DNA of 60,602 bases, the filler included, from Hausera hauseri (taxonomy: Eukaryota): assembly GCA_046269625.1 (NCBI GenBank). It is 10 parts of 10 records of this genome, joined end to end, with 100 filler letters (N's around TTAATTAATTAA, not from the genome) between each part and the next. Parts side by side here need not be neighbours in the genome. Positions count along the whole stretch, not along the records: positions 21,745 to 25,998 come from JBJURY010674106.1; positions 26,099 to 32,025 come from JBJURY010167419.1; positions 32,126 to 38,336 come from JBJURY010125428.1; 7 more parts are not named here. One strand, 5' to 3'. The position numbers and the translations under genes were made by a program. Below the pieces are notes generated by a model, which saw only the letters and a list, made by a program, of their open reading frames with translations, was not told where the DNA came from and did not search any database. Positions 24,809-36,381 of the stretch are shown here, piece by piece. Positions within the stretch are counted from its first letter, which is position 1, and the number at the start of each line of letters is the position of its first letter.

Positions 24809-25998
24809 TTTCTCCCCCCTTTGAAAAGGATTCGGTCCTCCTGATCACTCTGGGTACTGACATTGATAAAACTGAGATTTCGGGGTCTGATTGTTAACGT
24901 CGCATCGTTTACTGGGTCCATCCAATGACATAGTCGCTGGGTACGATTATCGTAGGTATAAGAGTAGTGATAGTAGGCTGATGGTTGACGGCAATATGGG
25001 CATGAAATGCCGTTCTGGAATGTTATTTGAAGTGCATGATTAGGATTAATGGATTGTAGGAATTGGGAACGGAGTTTGTTGAAACATGTTGCACACAAGG
25101 TGTGGTTACACTGGAATTGGACTACTGTTATTCTTTCGGTAAGGCAAATTGTACATTCGTAGGTTGGGAGTTGATCGTAGAAGATAATTTGCAGTGTTGC
25201 CCAAAGATCAGGTGGAGCTAGGTCGGAAATAAGATCGATTCGACATTTACTGAGTACAGGAAACCAATTTTCTTGTAATGATATTGGCAATGGGGACTAT
25301 GGGATATAGTTGGTGTAGGAGTTATCGAGGGTGTTGCCACAGGCAATTCAGATAATGGTCTAATGTTTCTTTCAGGATGATAACGTGGATGGGGTATTGA
25401 AGACGATTGCTGTAGAAGAAATATAATGTTTATATGTGGTAAAGGTACTTGATATACAAAAGTTAATGGTTGAATTCTTGTAGATGGGCTAAAACGATTG
25501 ATAGGAAATTCTATTCTAACTGAAGATTGTTGTTCCAATCGGAAATCTTGTTGGTAATAATTGAGGAATGAAAATGAGGGTGATGAAAATATGAATATAT
25601 GAATTCAGGGCAAAAATAACATATACTACAGATTAATCGTCGATGATGGTATTCTAACTGATAACAATGGGAAAAATATTCCGCATTACAGCAACTAAAT
25701 TGGTAAGCTGCTTTATTGGGTTTATTGCATAAACAGCAGGTATGTAGTTGAAAATAGAAATGGAAAAGGGTGTTGACACATACCATGTATAGTAATATGT
25801 AACGTGATCAGTAGGTTCGATGACTTCAAGAGTTTTAGCATCGAGTAAGGATTGGTCGGCATCAGATGGGAATGCATCATGTTAAATACAGTATTTTATT
25901 TCAAACTTGCAGATTGGACAATAAGGCATGAGGTTTGCCTGAGATTTTGCTCTATCTATGCAGTATGAACAGAGCATGTGCAGACATGTGTTAATCTG
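24775..25998 (-). pseudogene. Retroelement 3' ORF with three tandem RING-type zinc fingers (frameshifted)
   Basis: CLHMLCSYC...CPIC (partial, at contig edge); CCLC...CC...SHC...CSIC (degenerate); CTIC...CNHTLCATC...CPYC (intact C3HC4). Confidence 0.8.
24809..24822 (-). promoter_or_regulatory. Polypurine tract of an LTR retrotransposon
   Basis: AAAGGGGGGAGAAA followed by TG. The ORF reads through it as EDRILFKGGRNV, a typical polyprotein end. Confidence 0.8.
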
Positions 25999-26098
25999 NN
26001 NNNNNNNNNNNNNNNNNNNNNNNNNNNNNNNNNNNNNNNNNNTTAATTAATTAANNNNNNNNNNNNNNNNNNNNNNNNNNNNNNNNNNNNNNNNNNNN

Positions 26099-27896
26099 GG
26101 AGTACATGTGCAGGGTCGGACTGACAAGAAGATGACACTGGAGCAGAGTGTCCCACAGGGGCAGAGTACTGTCAACCACAACTTTTGATTGTGTTTATAA
26201 ATAATATTAAAAAAAATACAGAAAACACCACAGTCAGATGACATTACGCCTTGTACGCAGATGTCCTGGTCGTCTGGACCTCTGAAAGAAACGTCACCGT
26301 AGCAAGCAATCGAATGCAGAAGACTCTAATCTCCTTAGAACAGTGGCACAAAACATGGATGGTCAAAATAAATTAGGAAAAAAAACCACCTACACAGTAT
26401 TCTCCCTCTCGAATAAAGAAAGAGCTGTGAAATAATGTTGAAAGGAAAATACCGGTGCCAGGAGGTGAATCCCAACTATCTAGGCATAACTTTTGATCGC
26501 CGTCTAACATGGAAAGCCCAGATTGAGAAGAATCAAAGAGGAGCAAAACTATGCATGGCGATCATGACTAAACTTACTTTCACAAAGTTGGTAGCAGACG
26601 AAGATAAACTAAGGAAGTTATACACCGGCCGCGCAAACCGAGTCCTTGAGTGTGGCATTGCAGCTTGTGCAAAACAAACTTCGACAAGATCAAACGACTC
26701 CAAAACCAAGCCATGAGTATCATGACAGGGAGCATGAAAACAACACCCAAAAAAGAGCTTGAAAAGGTCACATACCTTCAATCCATGAAGGATAGAAAAC
26801 ACCTCAGATTCCAGCAACAGGGCGAAAAATTTAGAAGGCTAGCTGACCATCCAATGCATCAAAGAATAAATGGCTTTGGAAAGGGAAGGCTACAACGAAG
26901 AAATTTTGTAGAATCAGCAAAAACAAATATGAAGTTGGACTCACTTATTGCCACGCTGGCTACTAAACCAATCGAAACAGTAAACAGACTTTCCACCTGC
27001 AGAAAAGTGAAATCACTAGAACTGATGAAAGCATCGCTGGAATTTAAAAGAATGACAGCCAGACTGAAAATAGAAACGAAACGCATTGGAGGAACACTAC
27101 CCAAGCAGTTGCTGGACACATGCTTTCAGAGATGGATCAGCAATAGACGCAATAAAAGATGGGGATGGAGGAATCCTGCTGGCACTACACAATGGAGAAC
27201 AAAGAGAAATGTCAGTGGCAACTGGGAAACTATCAAGCAACTTTAGAACAGACTCATTTGGCCTGAAAACTGCAACAGAATCCCTGACGACAGAGACAAA
27301 CACCGAAAGCCAAATAGTATTCTTCACAGATGCACTCTCGGTAATAACTGCACCGAAGAGTCAACACAATTCACATAAGAGAAAAAAATCTCCAAGCTAT
27401 GCCAACAATTAAAAATGGCGGTTATGTAGTGGATCCCATCACACTGCAATATCCAAGAAAATGAATAGGCAGACATCTGGAAAAAAAGGCAGCAAACTAC
27501 ATCAGGATGACATAAGTGCAACATATGAAGAGGCGAAGAGAATAATTAGAAGCAACTGCAGAAAAAAGTTGGAGAAAGATAATCCAGGCTGCAACAAAAA
27601 TGACGCCTACCACCAGCTAAACAGATAAGAACTATATTCCGAATCCGCAAAGGACAAAGAGATTTAAGTACCACGTGTTCAATAAATCGATGTGACTGCG
27701 GCTCTCAGAAAATGACAGCTGAACACCTGATACTGGATTGCCCATTATACGAGGAACAAACAAAGCTTCTGTGGCCGCCCACAGAGACCGTCCAAGTTAA
27801 ACCGTATGAAGAGTGAAGGAATTCAGGATGACAGCTGCTTTCTTTCAAAAGATTCAAATTGACATCTGAAGGCGTAAGAAGAAGAAGAAGAAGACG
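26099..27896 (+). mobile_element. Decayed RNase-H-containing LINE (I-group; Ingi/Nimb-like), 3' half with (GAA)n tail
   Basis: ALYADVLVVW, YLGITFDRRLTW; RH motifs FRDGSA / FFTDALSV / WIPSHC; CDCG...EHLILDC; gaagaagaag tail. Confidence 0.85.
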
Positions 27897-28741
27897 AATC
27901 ATGAGAGAAAGCGATGTCCGAACGCGGAAACATGTAAATTTAACGTCCGATGCTCGGGTTAATTATAACAGTTGTCTACTCACCCCCGGATCCTTGCTGT
28001 GACCATGGAGTGAGCAGATATTCCTCTAGAATAAATCATATCGGAGCGAGTGTTGATATATTTCTGATTTATTTCTGTCTGCAAAGATCTTTATCCTTCG
28101 ACAAAACTAAACACATTCAAAGCTACCATATTTACTTTTGTTCAAGTTTTGGTATAATTTGAAAATGCATTAGCTTTGTCGACAAGAAGCAGGGCAAGTA
28201 CGACATTTTTAATGTGAGAAACTTAATTGTGTGTCAACACAGTAATATCTGTGTCTTAGGGAACTACTTTCTTTAATGTTCGGATGAAATGTTATTCTAT
28301 CAAACGCTTCCTTTAGCGGTTTTAAACATTACTCTTTAACCTTAACAATGAAACATTTCTGGTTGAATGAAGTGTGTTATACTAAACTTGTATTGAATAA
28401 TTATTATTATTTGTTTTTGTACAGCTCTTGAAGCCGAAACCAGTGTCGCAGGATAGTGAAGGACATGTTTACGATGGCATTTGGAATTCTTTTGTTGTGG
28501 ATGAAGTTATGAATTCAGATCTTACTCACCATTTTGGAAATTTCCGGAAATTGTAAACTTTCAAAAAGTAATAAAATTTTAATGCAGCAAAGTTTTAAAT
28601 GTTGTGATGTATTATTGACGTCATTATCGCACTCGTTTATGTCTCCTTAAGTGTACATAATGGGTTTGCAAAATCATGTATTTATGAACCAAGACAAGAG
28701 AAATACGCTCTCTCATTTTACAAACTATGTATGCTACTACC

Positions 28742-29171
28742 TCAGGATGACACAAGTGAACATATGAAGAGGCAAAGAGAATAATTAGAAGCAAACACTG
28801 AGAAACGTAGGAGAAAGATCACCCTTACCACAACAAAAATGATGGCTTCCACCGGCTAAAGAGTAAAGAACAGGTGACTATAGTCTGACTCCGTACAAGA
28901 CACAAAAGACTTAAGTACCACATGTTCAATAGATTGAAGATAGGAACGACTGACCAATGTGACTGCAGCACTGAGAAAATGACACCTGAGCACTTAATGA
29001 AGGATATCCGGTTATATGTTGAACAGAAAAAGCTTCTGTGGCCGTCCCCAGTGACCGTCCAAGACTTATCTTGTCTTGGGGAGCTGATCACCTCAAGAAG
29101 ACAATTGCCGTCTTTTAAAAAAAAACCAAATTAAAGATGACATCTGAAGACGTATGAAGTAGAAGAAGAAT
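28742..29171 (+). mobile_element. Second, 5'-truncated copy of the same LINE family
   Basis: Homologous to 27502-27896 (tcaggatgaca.aagtg...CDCSTEKMTPEHL...gacatctgaag), with a GAA tail. Confidence 0.85.
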
Positions 29172-29644
29172 ATATATATATATCCCATAAAATGAAAGGC
29201 TGGAAATCATATTGTGTATGATTATCTATCATTGCAGTTATGAAAGAAGGGAGTCCTGTAGAGCTATATAGAAGCCATACTCCTGTATGGCTGACAATCA
29301 TGGACTTGAATTTAAAAAAAAATGTTGAAAAATTCTTTGGAAGTTTCAGAAATGGTTTAGAAATGCTGATAAATTTTCCCGAAAAAAAAATGATGCTTGT
29401 GTGTGTGGAGGGGAGTGTTTAAGTGATATTAGATTCTTCTTATTATACTTTCGTTCTTTCAATTAATAATATTACATAAGATTAAGTAGAATGTCATTTA
29501 GAACATGTCTTTAAGGAGGGTAAAAACACTTTCATTTCTATGTTGGGCAGCATTTTTCCCTCGCCTTTTATTTTCTTATTTTTATTATTCAGAGTTTTAG
29601 CCTATTACATTATTTATTTCATGCACTCAACTATATATATATCG

Positions 29645-31215
29645 TTGAGCATTCCTGCTGTCCCGGTGGTGTCTAGGTGGTTGGGTCTGTAGATTCTGGG
29701 ATGTGGGATAACTAACAGTGGAAAAGGGAGACATCGGCGACACACTGTCAGAAAGAAGCAAGAAAATAAAATTCTCCCCAGCGATTCGTGATACAGCGGC
29801 CAGCATGCCTTGCACATCCCACATGGGATAGAGGATAACTATGATTATGAAAAGAAGCTAATCACAAACCCTCCCCCCCCCCCCCACTCTATTGATGTCA
29901 TGGCATTTGTTCAAAAGAAATTATACTAGCTCGGACGTTCACTCCCACAAGGTCCGCGCCTATTGGACCTTCGACTGCTCGTGGTAATAAGGATGTTACC
30001 GAAAGACATTTTAATGTTTTGCAGCTGAATATAGATCGAATCAGACCCAAATTACCAGAACTTATAAAACTCATAACAGACAAAAACATGCATATTGCAC
30101 ATCTGCAGGAAATAGTTCTTAAGGATAAAGCTGTCAATATACCAGGAAACACAATGTACAAATGCCACTGTCATACCAGTTGTCGTGGGATTATGACTCT
30201 TGTAAGGAATAATGTCAAGACTGAGATTGATAGCATTCATACCAATGATGAAACCGACATCCAGCCAGTGAAGGCTTGGATAAATGACAGCACACTCCAA
30301 ATCTCCAATGTCTATAAACCCCCTAGAGAAACAAGTGGAATTTTCTTTAGTGAAACCAGTTTCAGAAAAAACTGTCACACGTGGAGATTGTAATGCCCAC
30401 TCCTCACTTTGCAAGCATGACGATACCAATAATTCAGGCCAGGTAATTAAAGATCTGCGTAATAGCTCCAATCTCACTTTTCTCAAAAACAGAGACTTAC
30501 CCTCCAACCGTTTTCCATAAAGCAAGTGGCACGTACAGTAAGCTAGACGTAACATTAGTGTCTGCAGATCTCACCAATCATTATACATGGAGGGTACTGG
30601 AAGACATTGGAAGCGATCACCTGCCCATATTAATTACTGTCTTCCAGAATAAGAATAAAGTTAAGCTCAAAAGAAAGCCAAAATGGAATTATACCAGAGC
30701 TAACTGGGAATAATTTCAGAACCAAATCAGACCAGGCAGATGAAAACATAAGTGTTCTAAATGATGAAATCATAATAGCTATATTGAAGGCATCGAAACA
30801 ATTTCCACAAGGCAGCAGCAGAAAAGACACTTTTTTCTGGAGTCCACAACTAGAACGCCTGGTCCATCTAAGGCGCAAGGCAAGGAAATAAGCACAACTA
30901 AATCCAAGTCCGGAAAACTGCTTACAACAGGCTCACCGCACAAGTCAAAATGACAAGTAGAACTACAGGCACCGAAGAACAAAGCGTGACAACCTAGACC
31001 TCAGCAAAGATGTGAGAAAAGCATGGAAACTCCTTGGTGGCATCGCAGGGACCTTACAGAGGTAAACCCCACACCTATGCAGCTCCCAAACAACAACACA
31101 GACAAACTGAAAGGGCAAGCAGTGAATAAATTCTTTGGTGATGTCAGAAAAACGTGCAAAAGACCAAAGCTGGACAAAGACATCAGAACTTATGCATGAT
31201 GAAAACACAGACATC
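29645..31215 (+). mobile_element. LINE 5' part: structured leader and APE endonuclease, no obvious ORF1
   Basis: VLQLNIDRI, HLQE, NVYKPP, GDCNAHS and GSDHLPI are APE motifs. Confidence 0.85.
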
Positions 31216-31444
31216 CATTAACAGCTATAGTTTGTAGAAAGTTCTTCTCTGGCGACTGATAGTTCTATTTTTCTGGCATCTGGCATTAATATTTAGATTA
31301 CAGATCTTTCTCTTCTTATTTCTACTTCTAAAGATCCGTCGGTAAAATCATGTATCTAGGTGTGGACGGACAGGAAAACAGACAGATATATACAGTTAGA
31401 TAGACAAACTGATAGACGACAGGCAAAGACAGATGGATATGTTA

Positions 31445-32025
31445 AATACTAAATGTGCTGAAACCTGCACACGAAAACGGGTTGAAATAAAATTAATGTT
31501 ACACTTGAGAGAAAAACGAACAGATTATTAAAAAAAAATCTAAAACGATATCTGTTGACACCAGCCAGAAGGTACAAGAAATGTGGCACAAAATTATAAG
31601 CCTGTATGAGGTGGATGTATGTATGCAGTGGATACCACCCACACAAGCATCTATTTCAATGAGATAGCTGATAGACTGGCAAAGAGGGGAGCACAAATGC
31701 CCCTGATAGAACATCCATTAAGTTTGGCAACGACAAAACAGATAATCAAAAATAATTGTAGAGAGAATTGGATGAATAAGTTGGCACAGGCTAAAACCGA
31801 AAGGAAGCTTTTCAGACGCCTTACAACATGAAGATGCTATCAATACGATTAAACGAAAGTACCAAAACACAGGACTTCAGGTTGAGAACTGGCCACTCTA
31901 CACCAAATGCACACAGAGACAGACTAGACCCACAGACTACAGCAAGATGCAGACATTGTACACACCAAAATGAGACAAGTGAGGCACCACCTGCTGTCTT
32001 GCTCCACACTTCAGGAGGTAAGACA
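31445..32025 (+). mobile_element. LINE RNase H C-terminal part and Cys/His tail
   Basis: MQWIP...NEIADRLAKRGA; RLRTGH...CRHC...NET. Confidence 0.75.
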
Positions 32026-32987
32026 NNNNNNNNNNNNNNNNNNNNNNNNNNNNNNNNNNNNNNNNNNNNTTAATTAATTAANNNNNNNNNNNNNNNNNNN
32101 NNNNNNNNNNNNNNNNNNNNNNNNNCTCTCGCGCAAACACTGCAATATATACAGAATCCAGTTGAATGGTCACCAGGCTTTGACCTACATTGCCACTCCG
32201 AAGTAGCGGAAATTAGAAATGATCCACAACTGACGAGCGACGTACAAATTAATTTCACTATTAACAGAAATGGCAGAAATTAACGAAGTAATAGCGAAAG
32301 ACTAACAAATCGAATACGTCTGATAAAAGAAACCCGGTTACGCTTTGAGAAAAGACAACGTGAATTAAACGAATTACTAAGAGAAACAGAAATTTATAAG
32401 AACAAGTATTCCCTTGCGGAATCAGAAATGAACGACAAAATGGAATTTGTACAAAGATGGCAGAGTGATAGAATCACGGAAATGACTAGTTATCAAGAAA
32501 AGGTTTAATACAACTAGAAGACATGTGTCGATTAATAAAGCTAATACAACAAGCTTGCGGAAACGGTGATGGATTTAGGGTATCCGTCATGAAAATTATA
32601 CAGCCGCAATTAAGCGAATTACACGAAAGTGTCCAGGTCGGACATGCGGCACTAACGAACTACGAGTTACCCGACGCAGACAATGAAGCCGAATGGGATG
32701 ATTATCTCCAAGGACTAACCGAGCAAAGTCAAAGAACTCCAATGCATATTTATGAATCACCGACTGGTGCACAGAAAGCGAAAATCGATGTGCAAATGCT
32801 AATCGATCCTACACTAGTTGAAAAGGAACTGAGTAGTATGTTGAAAGTAAATATAATCAAAGATAAATTAAGGAAATTGATTCCAACCTTGAGTAAACTG
32901 TCCAGTGAAAATACCGCATACAGCGCTCTACCTAAACTCTTAATAAGAGAATACGCTAAGCTATTGAAAAATAAACCGGAAAATGAA

Positions 32988-33206
32988 ATTAAAGTGAAAG
33001 TATAGTCTGAAGGAATGGATGACGAGGAATTTGAATGTACTACCTATACTACCGTTGGGGACATAGAACAACGGATAATGGACAAAAATGGCAGAGAAGG
33101 AGTCAATTACAGACTCTATTTTAGAGGTAGGATATTAGATGAGCCAGAGTTCTTAGTAGACGTAGGAATTATACCACTCGAAGCAAATCGGATAATAGCA
33201 ATAATC
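32988..33206 (+). CDS. Ubiquitin-like domain inside the polyprotein (one in-frame TAG at 33003)
   Basis: TTVGDIEQRIMDKNG aligns to ubiquitin DTIENVKAKIQDKEG; YRLYFRGRILDEPEFLVDVGI aligns to [21 protein letters not shown]. No terminal GG. Confidence 0.8.
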
Positions 33207-33386
33207 GCGAGCGAACAAACCAAAGATAAAGCCATGAGAAAGGCACATGCAGTGCATTGTGTTGGAAAAATCATGGGGATTCAGGATGCCGCAATGTATT
33301 TCGAATATCTACAGACTGACAACGACAACCCACAATACGATAAAAACTTAGTTCCTCTAAGCGAAACTTTACCACCAATAAAAGCG

Positions 33387-33413
33387 AAACGACCGGTTGG
33401 AAGGCCGAGAAAA
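33387..33413 (+). other. AT-hook motif
   Basis: KRPVGRPRK (GRP core; VGRP rather than canonical RGRP). Confidence 0.55.
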
Positions 33414-33908
33414 ATAAAGGAAATTGACTATAATGCAGACCTAATTAGGGAATTGAGACAATTATCAGTACCCACTCCGAGCTCAGATAATGAAGAACTA
33501 ATAGAACTAATGAGAGATTTAATTAGGATAGTTAATTATACTGGACTCCAAGGTGACATATTATCCGAGAAAGAAAGGCTAATATACAGTGTAGATCGGA
33601 CCATAAAAACTTCGCGATTTAAATTATCTAAAAGCACCCTCCCTGATGAAACAGTGATTGACAGAATTATGATGGACAACACGACGGAAAAATTAAGGAA
33701 AGTCTTGATATATTTGGCAGTAAAAACTAATCCTCTCCGAGAAAATGAAAGTGAAAAGGCAATTGGATTAGCTAGAAAAGCTGCGAAAAGGATGCCCAAA
33801 GAAATAAAATGGGTCAAACTATTTGAAAAAGAGAACAATGTGAAAAGGACTAATAACTTAGAAGACATGGTACGGAACATCTCCTCAAGTAAAGGGAATG
33901 AATCTAAT

Positions 33909-35730
33909 TGGTTAATCAATCTATTAACAATAATGATGCTAGTAAAACAAATGCGAGCAGTCACTATATATGATTGTGACAAATTCAAGCTGGGCCAGAA
34001 ATATTCCTTAATGGACTTAGAAACATGCGAAGATGCGAGACCCCATAAGTTAGAAACAACAGAAAAAAGGTATATATTATATCAACAACGAGAATTAATC
34101 GCAATGGACGCGACAGAATGCATGATATGGAGATCTCGCAGTGTTTTTCATTGCGGCGCTATGCACGGGCATTCTTCAATTATTAAACCAACCACACCAT
34201 TAATCCCAATGAATGTGGATAGACAACATTATTTAGGAGCCCGGCTAACCTGTAAAATGGTTTGGGAGGGCATGGCGTTAGAAGCCCAAGAAGGGAAAAT
34301 CATTAGGGCTTACAAAGTGGTAGTCGGAAAACTAAATATGCACACCGGTTATTGTGTCGGAGGAGAGTATTACACTGGAAAGGGAAAGGAAGAAGGAATA
34401 ATTGTCGTGGATTTTTACGAAACTGAATTAAGATCCTTAAAGGCAATGTTTTATAGTGTCACCACACTATTTACTGAAAATCAAAAATGTCGCATACAAG
34501 ATGGCGCTTGTACGTTCCGAAGTTCAGTTGTGGTATGGAATACACCTTCTAAAAGAGATTGCAATTTCACCAAAATCAAAGAGTTAAAATTTAACGAGAC
34601 GACCAGAAAACGTTATACAAATCAAATGCACGCTAATACCAGGTCCAGAGAAGGCGTAGTAGAACAACAGATACCGACGATATTGATATCGGACGCGCAT
34701 GGGTTAAAGTTTATTAGGAAGGACATGATAATGCGTTGCAATGTAGTTATGTATGCCACAAACTACGAAGCATTTTTCGTAGCGGAGACTGAAATTAACA
34801 TGAAAACGTATGATTTGAAAACGCAAGACATAAGGATAGAGAATTATCTCAAAAATCGATACGATTATTTCTATTACAAAGGACAAACCGGAATAGCAGA
34901 ACTGTATCACAAAATGATAACAAATTACTGCAGATTAGATACTGAAGTCATGATAACCAAATTGGCTTTAATTTGCGCCAATCCAGAATTGGCATTACCA
35001 ATTTTACCAATGAAAGAAGTTGTTTTCGGACGAGTTACTGGAGAAGTTCTCCTAACTTACGAATGCGAAAAAAGAGACGTACCGATCAATGTAGAAGAGA
35101 AATGATGTATGCAGGAATTACCAGTCATCTATAAGAACGTGCCCATACTAGCGATGCCACTCAGTAGAGTATTATTAGCAAACTCAACTGAACCAACGAT
35201 ACTGAAGGAATGCAAAACGAGCCCAGGTAAGCCTATGTTTCGGCGTAGCAGTACGGACTGGATAAGCATACCTAATGGAGGCACCACCGCAGCCCCTAGC
35301 AAGTTAACTGGAACGAATCTAATCAAAGGACTATCGGAAGATAAATTCGAGGATACAGCTAACAAAGGGATTTATAGGCCAAAGGACATAGAAGCCTTTA
35401 GGCAATTCTTAGTCTCTCCACGACAACGAACTTGTTAACTGAATCGGGCCATGTCAATGGTCATGGACGATACCCGCTTTCACTCGAAATGAGAATCGTT
35501 GCTGGGCGTTAACCACTATCAAATGGTAACATCAGAAGTATTGTATAAAATGTGGGGAAGATTTTTGATTTTTGGACAAGCCGCATCTGGATTTTTAGCT
35601 ATTTACTTCTTAATCCAACTATTTAATGCAGTAATTCAGGCTATAATAAACGGATATGACATATTCACATTGACAGGATTCTCTTGCAAAATTTTGACCG
35701 CGATCATCACAACCTTTGGAAAGATGCTAA
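33909..35730 (+). CDS. env: Env-like chuvirus (Jingchuvirales)-type glycoprotein: internal signal peptide, ectodomain, TM region; point stops
   Basis: WLINLLTIMMLVKQMRA|VTIYDC, YSLMDLETC, ECMIWRSRSVFHCGAMHGHSSI, GRVTGEVLLTYEC, CMQELPVIY...PLSRVL and WGRFLIFGQAASGFLAIYFL follow the chuvirus G motif order. Confidence 0.85.
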
Positions 35731-36381
35731 AAGCATACGAGGAAAATCGATGGAAGAATGACGTAGAACGTCACATTGGGCATTATAATCGCTAACGACA
35801 AGGAAAGTCCTCGATTCTTAATAAACGAAAGAATAAAAAGACAATAATGCGGAAAGACGATTCGGACGATGACAAGCCTAAGAGAGGAGAAGTGACTTCT
35901 AGAATGAGGATGCACAAGATGTACTCAGTAATTAACGCACCGTTGCCCATTATGCCGCCAGCAGCACCAATATATGAAGACTGTGACCACAAATCAATCG
36001 CATCGTGTAGGTCAGAAATCTATCAAAAGCCTATCAATTATGAGGATCCTTATGAGAAGACAAAACAATATGGAATACTTTGAAAAATGAATGTTATCAA
36101 CCAAGGACCAACTGAAAACGACCATGGAATGTTATACTCAAAAAGAATACTGCGTCACATAGAATCGAAATCAACAATCTGGGAAAATCCAAAAATGTGT
36201 CCTATCTCGGGTTCACTACCCCAGGAACCACTCAATGACAACCGCGTTACTGAAATAACAAACAACGACTTGTATCCGAATGGAGAAATAAGACAATTAA
36301 GGAAAGATATCATCTCATCGTCAGAAATAACGATAAATGGACATAGAGTCTCTACAGTAAAACGGTAAAGATAGTGTCAAA

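Noticed and set aside
28425-28552. Possible host exon after tttttgtacag
   Set aside because: Plausible splice sites only; no recognisable protein similarity.
29920-29960. Possible 2A-like (DVxxNPGP) peptide before the LINE endonuclease
   Set aside because: Needs several frameshifts and substitutions; the open frame reads differently.
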